The notes under the pieces were generated by a model. The model did no database searches. It had not been told where the DNA came from and worked only from the letters and a program-made list of their open reading frames with translations. Positions 1 to 9,378 of a DNA stretch of 64,000 bases are shown piece by piece. Position numbers and translations under genes: made by a program. Numbering within the stretch: position 1 is the first letter of the stretch; each line of letters starts with the position of its first letter. Source of the DNA: a virus (taxonomy: Duplodnaviria > Caudoviricetes); the IMG/VR virus record IMGVR_UViG_3300010376_000034, positions 5,575 to 69,574 of that record. One strand, written 5' to 3'.

Positions 1-838
1 CCTTCAGATTGTCGGTATCGAAATCCACGTACATGTCCATCTCAAAGGGAACGCGGTCGTAGTAGATCAATCCGCGCTTGTCGGTCTTGACGAACCAAGC
101 AAACGGCGACGTCAAGAACTCGTCGACGATATAATCTCTCAACCCGCCTCCAACGTGTTGAATGGCGTTGATGTCGTTGTCGTTTGTTCCGGGGCGAAGC
201 TCGCTTCGGAGCAATCTTACGATCACTTGCTCCAGCGCAGCTGGCACGAGCACCAGTTCTGCGCGTGCCGCGATTTTGATATTTCGCTCATCTACCCAGT
301 TGTTGCGGATGACCGTCATTGCGGTGAGGAGAGAACTCTCATTGAGGTCGATATCGGTGCCCGGACGATTTCCCACGGTGCCGACGTCGATCGGATGGTT
401 GGTGGCAAAGAGCGCCACCTGATCGCCGCCGATCGTGGAGTCGTAGACGGTGCCGGTATTGAAGATGTTCGCGGCGTAGATTTCCTTGGTGACGGCGAAC
501 ACGTCCTGAAGGCCGAGGTTGGACGGATTGAACTCGGCTTTGTACTGGTTATCCTCCACCGCCTTGCGCGTGATGATGTAGCCGAGGCTCAGTTCCTTCA
601 TCTCGGCGTTGTAGAGCCATCTCTCACCGGCCCTCTCATCGAAGTACGTGCTCTGCGCTTCGGCTTTTTCCCTAGCCAGTGGTAGGTAGGCCATCTGGGT
701 GCGGCGCTCTTGCGCCATCTTCGAGGTACGCTTCTCGAAAAGCCGGCTCCATTTGGTTTCGATCTTCTTGTATCTCCCTTCGACGGCAGCGAGGCCGGGG
801 AAGAGTTCGTTCTTGATACTCGCCATATCAATAGGCAT
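1..838 (-). CDS. Major capsid protein (N4-gp56/Mu-gpT-like), 3' end runs off the window
   Basis: Hand-translated open frame from ATG at 838 (AGGAG RBS upstream): MPIDMASIKNELFPGLAAVEGRY...NHPIDVG...ELRPGTNDNDINAI...FEMDMYVDFDTDNLK; downstream of scaffold-like genes. Confidence 0.85.
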   Translation of the reverse strand, partial: MPIDMASIKNELFPGLAAVEGRYKKIETKWSRLFEKRTSKMAQERRTQMAYLPLAREKAEAQSTYFDERAGERWLYNAEMKELSLGYIITRKAVEDNQYKAEFNPSNLGLQDVFAVTKEIYAANIFNTGTVYDSTIGGDQVALFATNHPIDVGTVGNRPGTDIDLNESSLLTAMTVIRNNWVDERNIKIAARAELVLVPAALEQVIVRLLRSELRPGTNDNDINAIQHVGGGLRDYIVDEFLTSPFAWFVKTDKRGLIYYDRVPFEMDMYVDFDTDNLK

Positions 839-878
839 GGCCTAGCTCCTCTCTTTTCCCTTCTTCGCCTAGCGCCCG

Positions 879-1463
879 TCAGATGCCGGTGCCGGATTGC
901 CGCATGAACATGTTGTTCCAGGTGACTTCCACGATGTTGTTCGCGGACGTCGCGTCGTAGCCGTCACCGGTGTAGACGCCGCCGTTGCCGAGACGCTCGA
1001 CCCTGAATGGGAGCGTCGCGGTGACCGCCGGGGCAGCGAGCGCCCATTTGGAGAAGCCGGTGGTCGAAGCGGTGACCACGATGTCGGCATTCATGCCGAT
1101 GCCGGCAAGCGTGATCGGTCCGGCGCTGGCCTGGACCTCGAACACCTGGAATGGATCGTCGACAACGAAGATGTCGACCAGCGTGCCGGCCACGGCGCCC
1201 GAGCCGGGCCAGTAGTTCGACCAGATGTTGTAGCCGAGCGCCGCGAGCGCGTAGTGGCAGCCGACATAGACGCCGCGGATGTTGTAGCCGACACCGGCGG
1301 CTCCCACGGCGACCGTGCCGTCGGCCAGCTGCTGCACCAGATCGCCGCGATTAAGCGCGCCGGCGGTCGGTTGGCCTTTGCATGAAGTGAAGTTGCCCGA
1401 TGAAGCCGCGCCATCCTGGCGGCGGATGGGCCGGAGTCCGAACGGAGCTACGGTATTTGGCAC
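879..1463 (-). CDS. Capsid-associated structural protein (minor capsid/decoration-like)
   Basis: MPNTVAPFGLRP N-terminus, beta-rich, immediately upstream of the major capsid gene. Confidence 0.6.
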   Translation of the reverse strand: MPNTVAPFGLRPIRRQDGAASSGNFTSCKGQPTAGALNRGDLVQQLADGTVAVGAAGVGYNIRGVYVGCHYALAALGYNIWSNYWPGSGAVAGTLVDIFVVDDPFQVFEVQASAGPITLAGIGMNADIVVTASTTGFSKWALAAPAVTATLPFRVERLGNGGVYTGDGYDATSANNIVEVTWNNMFMRQSGTGI

Positions 1464-1597
1464 GTGCTGTTCGCCAAAAAGCTGGCGCTCCCTCTCGTAA
1501 GGGTGCCGGCCTTGGCGAGCATCGCCGCAGTCCGTGCGGTCAGACCTGGTTTACCCGCGCGAGCATCGCACGCCCGAATCGGCTTCGGGGGGCCTAC

Positions 1598-2248
1598 TTA
1601 TTCGTCGGGGATTTCGACATTCTCGCGTGAGGTCTTGTTCGCATACACCACGCGAGGAGCGCTCCCTTCCGGCGTCACTCCGACTGTCTCGCGATTGACG
1701 CGCATCATCCGAGTCGCCGCATCTATTTCATCCGCCCGCGCCTTAGCTGTCAAGCGCATGGGTCTTTCCATCAAAATCATGTCCTTGACGATGACCGGGC
1801 CCTCCAGCCCTTCCGGGCCGAAACGCCCTGGAAACATGCTGTGCAAGATCGGCCGCCAGCCCTGAAGGTAATAGTCCCGTTGCTCCGAATAGTCGGCTTT
1901 GCCCAGGCATTCGTAGCGCTTCCAGTTGAAGTCGATTTCGTTATCGATGTTGCCCTTGCGCGGATCGCCGTTGGTGGGGGCGTACTGCTTCTTGATGTCG
2001 TCGATATTGAAGGGATCGACATTGGCGCCGCCCTCACGCAGGCGCTCGCGGGTCCTATCCAGCACCAGCCTTGTGGTCTCGCGCTGTTCCGGGCGCAGTT
2101 CGCTCGCCTCGCGCGGATTGTCCCGTGCCGGATTGGGCTCAGCTGCGCGCGGAGGCGCTCCTGGAGACCGTTTCGGGTCGTAGAACGTCCCCGCCTCCTG
2201 CAGCCCTGGGATCGGCGGGTGCGATGGAAACAACGTATTGTCCACCAT
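1598..2248 (-). CDS. Conserved head-module hypothetical protein
   Basis: Clean ORF; AGGAG RBS before MVDNTLF (start moved from 2293). Confidence 0.6.
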   Translation of the reverse strand: MVDNTLFPSHPPIPGLQEAGTFYDPKRSPGAPPRAAEPNPARDNPREASELRPEQRETTRLVLDRTRERLREGGANVDPFNIDDIKKQYAPTNGDPRKGNIDNEIDFNWKRYECLGKADYSEQRDYYLQGWRPILHSMFPGRFGPEGLEGPVIVKDMILMERPMRLTAKARADEIDAATRMMRVNRETVGVTPEGSAPRVVYANKTSRENVEIPDE

Positions 2249-2374
2249 TGGCAAACTCCTTTCGACAGAGCGCGACCGGCCCGTCGTTGACAACCTCTAG
2301 CTCCGGGCGGCCGCAGCGACGGCAATACAAGAAGACCAAATCACAGTCGCAGCACATGATACACGTGTTAAAGC

Positions 2375-3373
2375 CTAAGTGATGGGCGTGATACGACCTT
2401 CCCGCAAGAGTCTGACGTAGTTCGTCGCCCATTCCCTAGGACTGACGCCCTGTTCTTCCGCCAGCCGGCGCATCTTCGGAGTCATTCTAAACTCGCCCTG
2501 CTGGACGATGCCGTCGCCACTGCCCACAGGGGCGCCACGCTCGACCGGCGCCGCCATCATCGGCGCTTTCTGCCGTGGGGGAGCCTCGCCTCGACCGTTT
2601 TGCACAGCTGGACCTCCAATGACGCTCTCGATGTAGTCGAAATAGCCCTGTGAATCGACGGTATGGCCCTGATCCAGCGCGCTCTCGTGCGCGTCGATGG
2701 CGGCACGCTTCAAGCTGCCGTCGCCCCTGATCAGGTCCGGGTGCTTACGCAAAAAGTTCTTGGTCGGTTCGGTGCGCCCCTGCAGCGCGCGCTCCAGGGG
2801 ATTGGCGGGCTCCGGCTCTGCCGGCTGGCGTGTCTGCGGCCGCTGTTGCTGGCGCGCCGTCATCTGCTGTTTTTGCTGCGCGAGCGCAGCCTTGTCGCGT
2901 TCGAGAAGGGCGAGTTGGCCGCCCAGACGGTGCATCTTGCGATTGAGGTCGGCCGCGAGCTTGAAATCGCCGCCTTCCATCGCGGCTTCCTGCTGGGCGG
3001 TGAGGGTTTCCAGTTGCTCCTCTGCGGCCTTGAGTTGATTCTCATTGTTCAACTCCCACACCGACATGCCGCGCCGTTCCGCCTCCTGGGCAAAGGCGAG
3101 GGCGTTGTCGCGCTCAGCCGCGAGGCGGCGATTATCCTCCGCCACGCGGTTTCTGGCCGCGCGCTCGTTCGCCAGCTGGCTCTCTAGGTCTTTGACGCCG
3201 GTCTGCGGCGCAGCGGACTCTCGTGTGCGGGCTCCAGGTCCAGGGACCGGCGGCGGTTTGCCCTGAGCGCCAAGCGCCGCAGTTTGCGCAGAGGCGCCCC
3301 CTTTATCTTCTTCATCCGGCGCGTCGAGGTCGATAACAAGATCCTCATCACTATCCACGTTAGTGTCTGCCAT
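2375..3373 (-). CDS. Probable capsid scaffolding protein
   Basis: Acidic N-terminus, long coiled coil, located between portal and capsid genes. Confidence 0.55.
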   Translation of the reverse strand: MADTNVDSDEDLVIDLDAPDEEDKGGASAQTAALGAQGKPPPVPGPGARTRESAAPQTGVKDLESQLANERAARNRVAEDNRRLAAERDNALAFAQEAERRGMSVWELNNENQLKAAEEQLETLTAQQEAAMEGGDFKLAADLNRKMHRLGGQLALLERDKAALAQQKQQMTARQQQRPQTRQPAEPEPANPLERALQGRTEPTKNFLRKHPDLIRGDGSLKRAAIDAHESALDQGHTVDSQGYFDYIESVIGGPAVQNGRGEAPPRQKAPMMAAPVERGAPVGSGDGIVQQGEFRMTPKMRRLAEEQGVSPREWATNYVRLLREGRITPIT

Positions 3374-3384
3374 CTTCGTCGTCC

Positions 3385-3870
3385 TCAGTAGACCAGCCGC
3401 GGATCATCCACACGCATCACGATTTGCGTGTCCTTGAGCCTACGGCAGTGAATGCGATCGATGGTGAACTGCCGCCCCTCCATGATGTCGTACTGCACCC
3501 AGTCGCCGATTTCGACGTTCTGGCCGTAGAACTTCACATGTTCGTCGTCCAGAAACGCCATCTTGCCCTTGCCGACCACGAGCCCGACCTTGCCCTGCCA
3601 CAGCGCTTCGTCATGCTGCTTGTCGGAGCGATAGAACTTCGTTTGCCCCACCATGTCGTAATCCGGCATGTAATAGGTCGCCGTGATGATCCAGTTGTGG
3701 AACACGGTGACGTGCGGCATCCACAACGAACATCTTGCCATCAGGAATGCTTTGGGATCTTCGCGGTATTCTTCCGCTTCTTCCTCGTTGCGCCAGGGCG
3801 GCATCGGCGCCTGGTGCATGGTGGCGAAGCTCGAAAGCGGTGCACCCCGGTCTGTGAAGGTGAAAGTCAT
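3385..3870 (-). CDS. GroES-like co-chaperonin
   Basis: QGKVGLVVGKGKMAF...VEIGDWVQY...LKDTQI pattern resembles the GroES fold; sits in the head module. Confidence 0.6.
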   Translation of the reverse strand: MTFTFTDRGAPLSSFATMHQAPMPPWRNEEEAEEYREDPKAFLMARCSLWMPHVTVFHNWIITATYYMPDYDMVGQTKFYRSDKQHDEALWQGKVGLVVGKGKMAFLDDEHVKFYGQNVEIGDWVQYDIMEGRQFTIDRIHCRRLKDTQIVMRVDDPRLVY

Positions 3871-3884
3871 CTACCGTTCTCTCG

Positions 3885-4184
3885 CTAGTTTAGCCCCGGC
3901 CTTTCCTGCTTATCGTCGTATGTGGGTTCGCCCTCGCTCTGGTTTATCTTCTTGGCGACGTCCTTCATCATGTTGAGCACGGTCTGGTAGGTCACGATGT
4001 TCGCGCGCATGCGCACGAACTCCTCCCAGGTCTGCACCGCCAGGATTTGCTGGTAGAGTCCGGGCGTTTTGTTGTCGCCACCGAGCGCAAAGTGGATCAT
4101 GCGCTCCAGCTGGAAGGCGAAAGAATTATCACTCGGATCGAGCATGCGTCGTCCTCCACAATGCTCAAGAACAAGAGCACTCAC
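3885..4184 (-). CDS. Hypothetical protein
   Basis: ORF with ATGA coupling to the upstream gene. Confidence 0.6.
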   Translation of the reverse strand: MSALVLEHCGGRRMLDPSDNSFAFQLERMIHFALGGDNKTPGLYQQILAVQTWEEFVRMRANIVTYQTVLNMMKDVAKKINQSEGEPTYDDKQERPGLN

Positions 4185-5623
4185 GCTTCGGTCTTGTCCG
4201 GTATTTTCTCAGCGCTCTTGGCTTTTGCCAAGCGGCCGAGGCCGCCGGAGCTACCCGTGGAGGCATTCACGGGACCTACCGTTCCGCCTGCCTTGCGATG
4301 CCCGGTGCCCCAACTCTTATAGTGGTCGCCGGGCAGCGTCGTCGGCGCCGACCGCTGGATGGAATCGCCCGCTAGACCGCCACGTTTACGTTTGCCGACG
4401 CCCCAACTCTTGTATTTCTCGCCGGGAAGGTGCGTCTGCCCGCGCTGGACGGATTTCGCCGGCGGCTTGCTTATATGTTGCTCGCTGTGAACCGCGCCCA
4501 GAACGCTATGGCCGCCTTCGATTGACGGCGCGATACCGCCCCGCTTGCGCTTCTTCTCATCCTTTCCCTCCTTCGCCTCCTCCTCTTTATACATCCTCTT
4601 AAAGAGTTTCTTGTCTTCGGCTTCGTCGGCATGGCCACCCCTCTTGAACGATGTCGTGGTGCCCGGCGCCGGGCGTGCCCGCATTGATGCCAAGGTCGGT
4701 GGCATTGGCACGGTCAGCGGCTGCGCCGGCCGTGCTGGCCGGCCGGAGAGATTGGGGGCGCCCTGTTGCGGCGGCAGCGGTGCGCGTCCGGGCATCGGCA
4801 TACCGAGGAATCCGGGTGGCTGTTGCGTTCCCGTGGGGGCTCCCATGGTCATCGGGCCGCCCATCTGGCGCTTTTTGACGTGGCTCTTGATCTTTCCGCC
4901 GCGCTTGACCTTGCCGGGTCCGGCACCGGAGACGTCATCTTCTTCCTGTGCGCCTGTCGTGCCGCCGTTGGCATATCTTCCCGCCTTGCCCCCTCTTTTG
5001 CGGGCGGAAACGGCGCTATCGACCTCCGTCGTGGGGGAGTGGGGGAAGCCGCGATAGCCTTTCCCAGGACTGGTATCGCCGCCGATCTTCCGTTTGCGCA
5101 CGACGCCACCGGATTTCATGCCGGCCCCTACGGGTGGTGCTGTCATCACCGGTCCGCCGATCGGCGGTCGAGGGGGGAGACCGCCACCCACGGGAAGGCC
5201 GGCCCCCACCGCCGGAGGAAGGCCGCCAACCGGCCGCCGTATGATGGGACCGGGCCCCGGGCCGCCGATCGGCACGCCGGGAGCGGCGATGTGCCGATGG
5301 ACGTGCTGCACGACGCCAGGCGCGCCGCCACCGCCGCCGGCTGGCGCGTTACGCGCGCCGCCGCCGGGCGCCGAAATCACGATGTTTGTCGTGTGGTGTC
5401 CCTTGCGGCCGCGAACCGGGCCGCCGTTTGCCATCCTATCGGCGCGTTTGCGCGCTTTGCCACCTTCTATGGTGAACCCGACGTCGCGACCGGCGTTTTT
5501 ACCGGGCAGCGACTTCTTCTTATACATGTTGGAGTAGCCGTGTGGCTTGCCGGCGGTCGCGCCGAGCCGGCGCAGGCGCGCTTTCAGCGAACTCTTGGCC
5601 TGACCTGCCATCGGATGTGCCAT
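4181..5623 (-). CDS. Basic, Gly/Pro-rich low-complexity virion-associated protein with repeated (K/R)xxGG motifs
   Basis: AAGGAG RBS before MAHPMAG; located right after the portal gene. Confidence 0.6.
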   Translation of the reverse strand: MAHPMAGQAKSSLKARLRRLGATAGKPHGYSNMYKKKSLPGKNAGRDVGFTIEGGKARKRADRMANGGPVRGRKGHHTTNIVISAPGGGARNAPAGGGGGAPGVVQHVHRHIAAPGVPIGGPGPGPIIRRPVGGLPPAVGAGLPVGGGLPPRPPIGGPVMTAPPVGAGMKSGGVVRKRKIGGDTSPGKGYRGFPHSPTTEVDSAVSARKRGGKAGRYANGGTTGAQEEDDVSGAGPGKVKRGGKIKSHVKKRQMGGPMTMGAPTGTQQPPGFLGMPMPGRAPLPPQQGAPNLSGRPARPAQPLTVPMPPTLASMRARPAPGTTTSFKRGGHADEAEDKKLFKRMYKEEEAKEGKDEKKRKRGGIAPSIEGGHSVLGAVHSEQHISKPPAKSVQRGQTHLPGEKYKSWGVGKRKRGGLAGDSIQRSAPTTLPGDHYKSWGTGHRKAGGTVGPVNASTGSSGGLGRLAKAKSAEKIPDKTEA

Positions 5624-5685
5624 GTTCGTTCTCCTTGCGTTCGTCCTGGACGTTATTCGCCGGAACAGAGACGATTTTCGTCCAG

Positions 5686-8010
5686 TCAGAGTATCCGGTT
5701 TCCGCCGGGCATCTGCGTCGGCCACAGCTGACCCATGTACTGCCCGACCGGGGCCGCTTCCGGGTGAATCATAGCGCCTTGGGCGAGCTTCATGCGCTCC
5801 ACATTAGTCTTGTCGGCCGCGATTCGCTCGTTGGAAGCGCGCGCCTCGCGCTTATCCTGCAGCTGTATGCTCTCGATCAAGAGATTCATCCGCTCGCTCA
5901 GCTGTTCGAGGTTGGCTTTCATCTGACTTTCTTGGGTTTTCTGTGCCAACTCCTGGACCTTCGTCTGCATCTGCACCATTGCCTTGGCCTGATCGGACTG
6001 CGCCTTCGGATCTTGCGGCTGCTGGTTCGGGTCCGGCGGCGGCGCGAAGAGTTCATCCACGTCGCCCATGCCGACCATGGTGGCGATGCGCCGCACGACC
6101 GCGTGCAGATCCCACATTTGCGGGTTCATCTGCACCAGCTGCACCAATGCGACGGCCTTCATCACCCTGATCGTGTGCGAAGGCGTGTTCGGGTCGGCCC
6201 TTGGCGAGAGCGTGCACTTGAGGAGCGCGCGCAAGACATCTTCGGCTTCCCATTGGGCCGAGGGTGTTTGCTCCGCGGCGCACAACAGGGCCGCCGGGTC
6301 CTCGATAAACAGGTCGCGAAGAAGGGCGAACTCCTCGCCTTGGGCGATGTGCATGCCTTTATGGACGCTATCGAGCACCTTGACGGCTTGATCTAGCATC
6401 GCCAAGGTCGTGCCGACCGGCACGTCCTGGCGACCTTCCCCGACCATCAGTTCGGGCGTGCCGCCGACCCGTCTGGCTTCCTCTTCGATGTGTTGGGTCA
6501 CTTGGACGAGTCCGGCCGTGACGTCCTTGTAGGGTAGCGTCATCACGTGCTGGCCGATGGGCTGGCCGCCGGTGTTGATCTTAACCCCGGCCCCGAGTCC
6601 CACCCTAAAAGTCATCGTATCTTGGCGGCCGACGGTTTCGGAATAGAGGAAGCCGGGCCAAGAACTAAATCCGGCGCTGTCCAGAGCAAGCCGCCAGGCT
6701 GTGGTGACGGCGGCGGTAGCGTTGCCCATGATTTGAAGCAGGCCGATGCCATAGAAGCCCAGCCCGTCAATGAAGGGATATTTAACGATGGGCATGCGCT
6801 TGAGGTAACGATCGTCGCCTTCATTCCAGTTCCTGCGCACTTCGAGGATAGTTTGGGAGTCCTTGTCGATGGAAACGCGATAGGGCAGAGGCAATCCAGT
6901 GATCTTGCCGCCTTCGGTGTGTTGGAAACCGGCGATATCCAGTTCGCAGTAGCACTCGTACACGGTGTGTTTGTAGTCCTGCTGGCGCATCGACCACTTG
7001 GCGAGGCCAGCGACATCTCTCTCGGCCTCATCGGCGGCGTCGGATTCCGGCGGCGATGGCGGTTGAAGGTCGACGTCTAGATAGTTTCCAGAAAGCTGCA
7101 TGCGCCGCATCACGGATTGTCGCATCGGGATACGGTGCGTGACCCGGCCGCACTCGAAGAGGGAGACCTCGTTGTCGGAGACGATGATATCGTCGGCGTC
7201 GACCGAGCGGGAAACGGGTCTTCGTCGCACCGGGCAGCGATACACCTTCTTGAAGGCACAACCGCCGAACCCCTGCATGAAAAACATCCTATTCGTATCG
7301 GGGTAATATTCTTTATCCACAACCGTTAAGTAACGATTGAAAAGCGTTTCCAGGTCTTCCGCCAGAATGTCATCGTCGGCCCCGGTTTGGTCTCTCGGTT
7401 GATGGGTTTGGTCCTCCAGAAATCTCCGTCGAGGCGTTTTGATAGTGGCAGAGTTTTGCATCTTGACTGGGCCACCCGCGGGGAGAAGCTCACCACGAGC
7501 GTTGGCCTGAAAGCGCATTACCGCGTCCAGCAGAATGGGGGTGCGGATTGTGCTTTGGCCTTCGACCGCCGTATCGGCTTCGACGGTTGGAGCGCGCGGA
7601 TTCTCGATCTTAAGCGCAAGGTGCCGGATACCAGCGGCACGTCGGTCAAGCCAATCGCGCCGCGTTTCAATGTCCGCATCGATGCCATTTAAGAGGTCAT
7701 CGCAAATACGCGCGAGTTCGCGTTCATCGACGTGTTTGGCGAGGTTGGCGTCGTGTTTCTTGGCATTTTCGGAGGTGCTTTCCCGGGTAATCTTCTTGCC
7801 GTCGAGGCGGATAATAAGGCTTCCGTCGGCGCGCTCGATGCCGATTTCCTCCGGCGGGTTTTCGGCGCCCTCCTGCAGGAGGATCAGCAGATCGTCCGGC
7901 TCCTCGGTGGCGGGAACACGTCCGGGCACATCGTCGAGATTGCGGTAGTGCTCCGTCGGGCGAACCGCGTCAGGTCTTGCGCCGTTCATGCCGACTGGAT
8001 CACGGGCCAT
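5686..8010 (-). CDS. Portal protein (P22-like)
   Basis: 774 aa; motifs GCAFKKVY, ECYCELD, GFYGIGL, VGTTLA; C-terminal coiled coil; downstream of TerL. Confidence 0.85.
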   Translation of the reverse strand: MARDPVGMNGARPDAVRPTEHYRNLDDVPGRVPATEEPDDLLILLQEGAENPPEEIGIERADGSLIIRLDGKKITRESTSENAKKHDANLAKHVDERELARICDDLLNGIDADIETRRDWLDRRAAGIRHLALKIENPRAPTVEADTAVEGQSTIRTPILLDAVMRFQANARGELLPAGGPVKMQNSATIKTPRRRFLEDQTHQPRDQTGADDDILAEDLETLFNRYLTVVDKEYYPDTNRMFFMQGFGGCAFKKVYRCPVRRRPVSRSVDADDIIVSDNEVSLFECGRVTHRIPMRQSVMRRMQLSGNYLDVDLQPPSPPESDAADEAERDVAGLAKWSMRQQDYKHTVYECYCELDIAGFQHTEGGKITGLPLPYRVSIDKDSQTILEVRRNWNEGDDRYLKRMPIVKYPFIDGLGFYGIGLLQIMGNATAAVTTAWRLALDSAGFSSWPGFLYSETVGRQDTMTFRVGLGAGVKINTGGQPIGQHVMTLPYKDVTAGLVQVTQHIEEEARRVGGTPELMVGEGRQDVPVGTTLAMLDQAVKVLDSVHKGMHIAQGEEFALLRDLFIEDPAALLCAAEQTPSAQWEAEDVLRALLKCTLSPRADPNTPSHTIRVMKAVALVQLVQMNPQMWDLHAVVRRIATMVGMGDVDELFAPPPDPNQQPQDPKAQSDQAKAMVQMQTKVQELAQKTQESQMKANLEQLSERMNLLIESIQLQDKREARASNERIAADKTNVERMKLAQGAMIHPEAAPVGQYMGQLWPTQMPGGNRIL

Positions 8011-8037
8011 CTTCGCTTGGGGGTGAGGTTAGAGCCA

Positions 8038-8985
8038 TCAATAGAACTCTTTAACCACGATGATGCCGCTGCCGCCGGCGGCACCGGCGCTAGCGTAGCC
8101 GCCGGCCGGGCCGGCGAAGCCGCCGGCACCGACTGTATAGCCGTAGGTTGCTGCCGGGTTGTTGATGTAGAGGAATCCGCTCGCACCGGCGTTTCCACCG
8201 ATGCCGCCGGCGCCGGTTGCGGAAACTGCGCTGCCGTTGCCGCCGGCACCGCCGCCGCCGGTATTGGGCTGTCCGGGATGAGCACCGACACCACCGCCGC
8301 CGCCCAGCATGGAGTTGCCGCCTTCGCCGCCGATGCCCACCGCCACGTTTTGGATATTGACCGAGGTAAAGATGCCGCCCTGGCCGCCGGCGACGCCCCA
8401 GGTGCAGCCGGTGACTGGGCCGCCGCTCTGGCCGCCACCGAAAGCCGTTGCCGGGCCGAACACGGTGTTGCTGCCGAGGCCGCCGGGCGGGTAGGTCGAT
8501 TCATTCCAGCCGCCGCTGCCGCCCTGGCCGCCGCCGACGAGCATCACCTCGATACGCCGACAGCCAACTGGGGTCGTGTAGGTCCCGGTGCCGGAGAGAA
8601 AAACCTGTTGCGTTGGCAGTTGGCCGGCGCCGCTGGTCGGAGCGAAGCCGCCCTGATCGGTATATTCCAGGTAATCTCCCGCCTGCAGCGTGCGCTTATG
8701 TAGCTGCGCGACGATGGTTCCGTCGCTGTGCTGCACGGTGACGGTGCAGGGATTGGTGGCGTCGGCGTTACGGACATGGAGCGTCTTGATATTGCGCTGC
8801 ACTCCCGCGGCGGGCGAGCCGGCGACGGAGGTGGTGGCGGCGGCGGCGATGTTGGTATTGGTGCGTCCCGGGGTGATCGTGCCGGTGCCGGTGTTGGTAT
8901 CCACCCAGCTGGCATGCACGTGGACGACGGCGGTGCTGCTGGTGACGAGTTGCAGCTGATCGTTGACTGAGGTCAGAAGCAGCAT
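8038..8985 (-). CDS. Fibre-like structural protein with a C-terminal glycine-rich domain
   Basis: SGTGTYTTPVGCRRIEVMLVGGG...GGSGIIVVKEFY is a typical phage Gly-rich domain; N-terminus is paralogous to 8999-9361. Confidence 0.6.
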   Translation of the reverse strand: MLLLTSVNDQLQLVTSSTAVVHVHASWVDTNTGTGTITPGRTNTNIAAAATTSVAGSPAAGVQRNIKTLHVRNADATNPCTVTVQHSDGTIVAQLHKRTLQAGDYLEYTDQGGFAPTSGAGQLPTQQVFLSGTGTYTTPVGCRRIEVMLVGGGQGGSGGWNESTYPPGGLGSNTVFGPATAFGGGQSGGPVTGCTWGVAGGQGGIFTSVNIQNVAVGIGGEGGNSMLGGGGGVGAHPGQPNTGGGGAGGNGSAVSATGAGGIGGNAGASGFLYINNPAATYGYTVGAGGFAGPAGGYASAGAAGGSGIIVVKEFY

Positions 8986-8998
8986 TTAGCCCATCCCG

Positions 8999-9361
8999 TT
9001 ATTGTATCCCCAAGAGCGGCGGGAGGAAGCCGACTTCATCGATGTACTGCAGGGTAGCGCCGACCGGCAGGCTGACGCTTTGCAAGGATACTGACGTGGT
9101 GCCATCGGTATGGGTCAAGGTGATCTGGTTGGAGGCGGTGCCGCGGTTACGGACGTGCAGCGTCTTGACGTTACGCTGAGAGCCGGCGGCGGGACTTGGG
9201 ACGACGGTGGTGGTGCTTGCCGTGGTGATGGTCGCCGTATTGGTCCTTCCCGGGCCAACGGCGCCGGCGACGTTATCCATCCATGAGGCGTGGACGTCGA
9301 TGAGCCCGGCGCTGCCGACGCCGATTTGCAACAGATCGCTGGCGGAGGCAAGAATCAGCAT
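8999..9361 (-). CDS. Small beta-rich protein, paralogue of the N-terminal domain of 8038-8985
   Basis: Shared motifs VHASW.D, PGRTNT, SPAAG.QRN.KTLHVRN. Confidence 0.65.
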   Translation of the reverse strand: MLILASASDLLQIGVGSAGLIDVHASWMDNVAGAVGPGRTNTATITTASTTTVVPSPAAGSQRNVKTLHVRNRGTASNQITLTHTDGTTSVSLQSVSLPVGATLQYIDEVGFLPPLLGIQ

Positions 9362-9378
9362 CCGCTGAGCTTATATGC

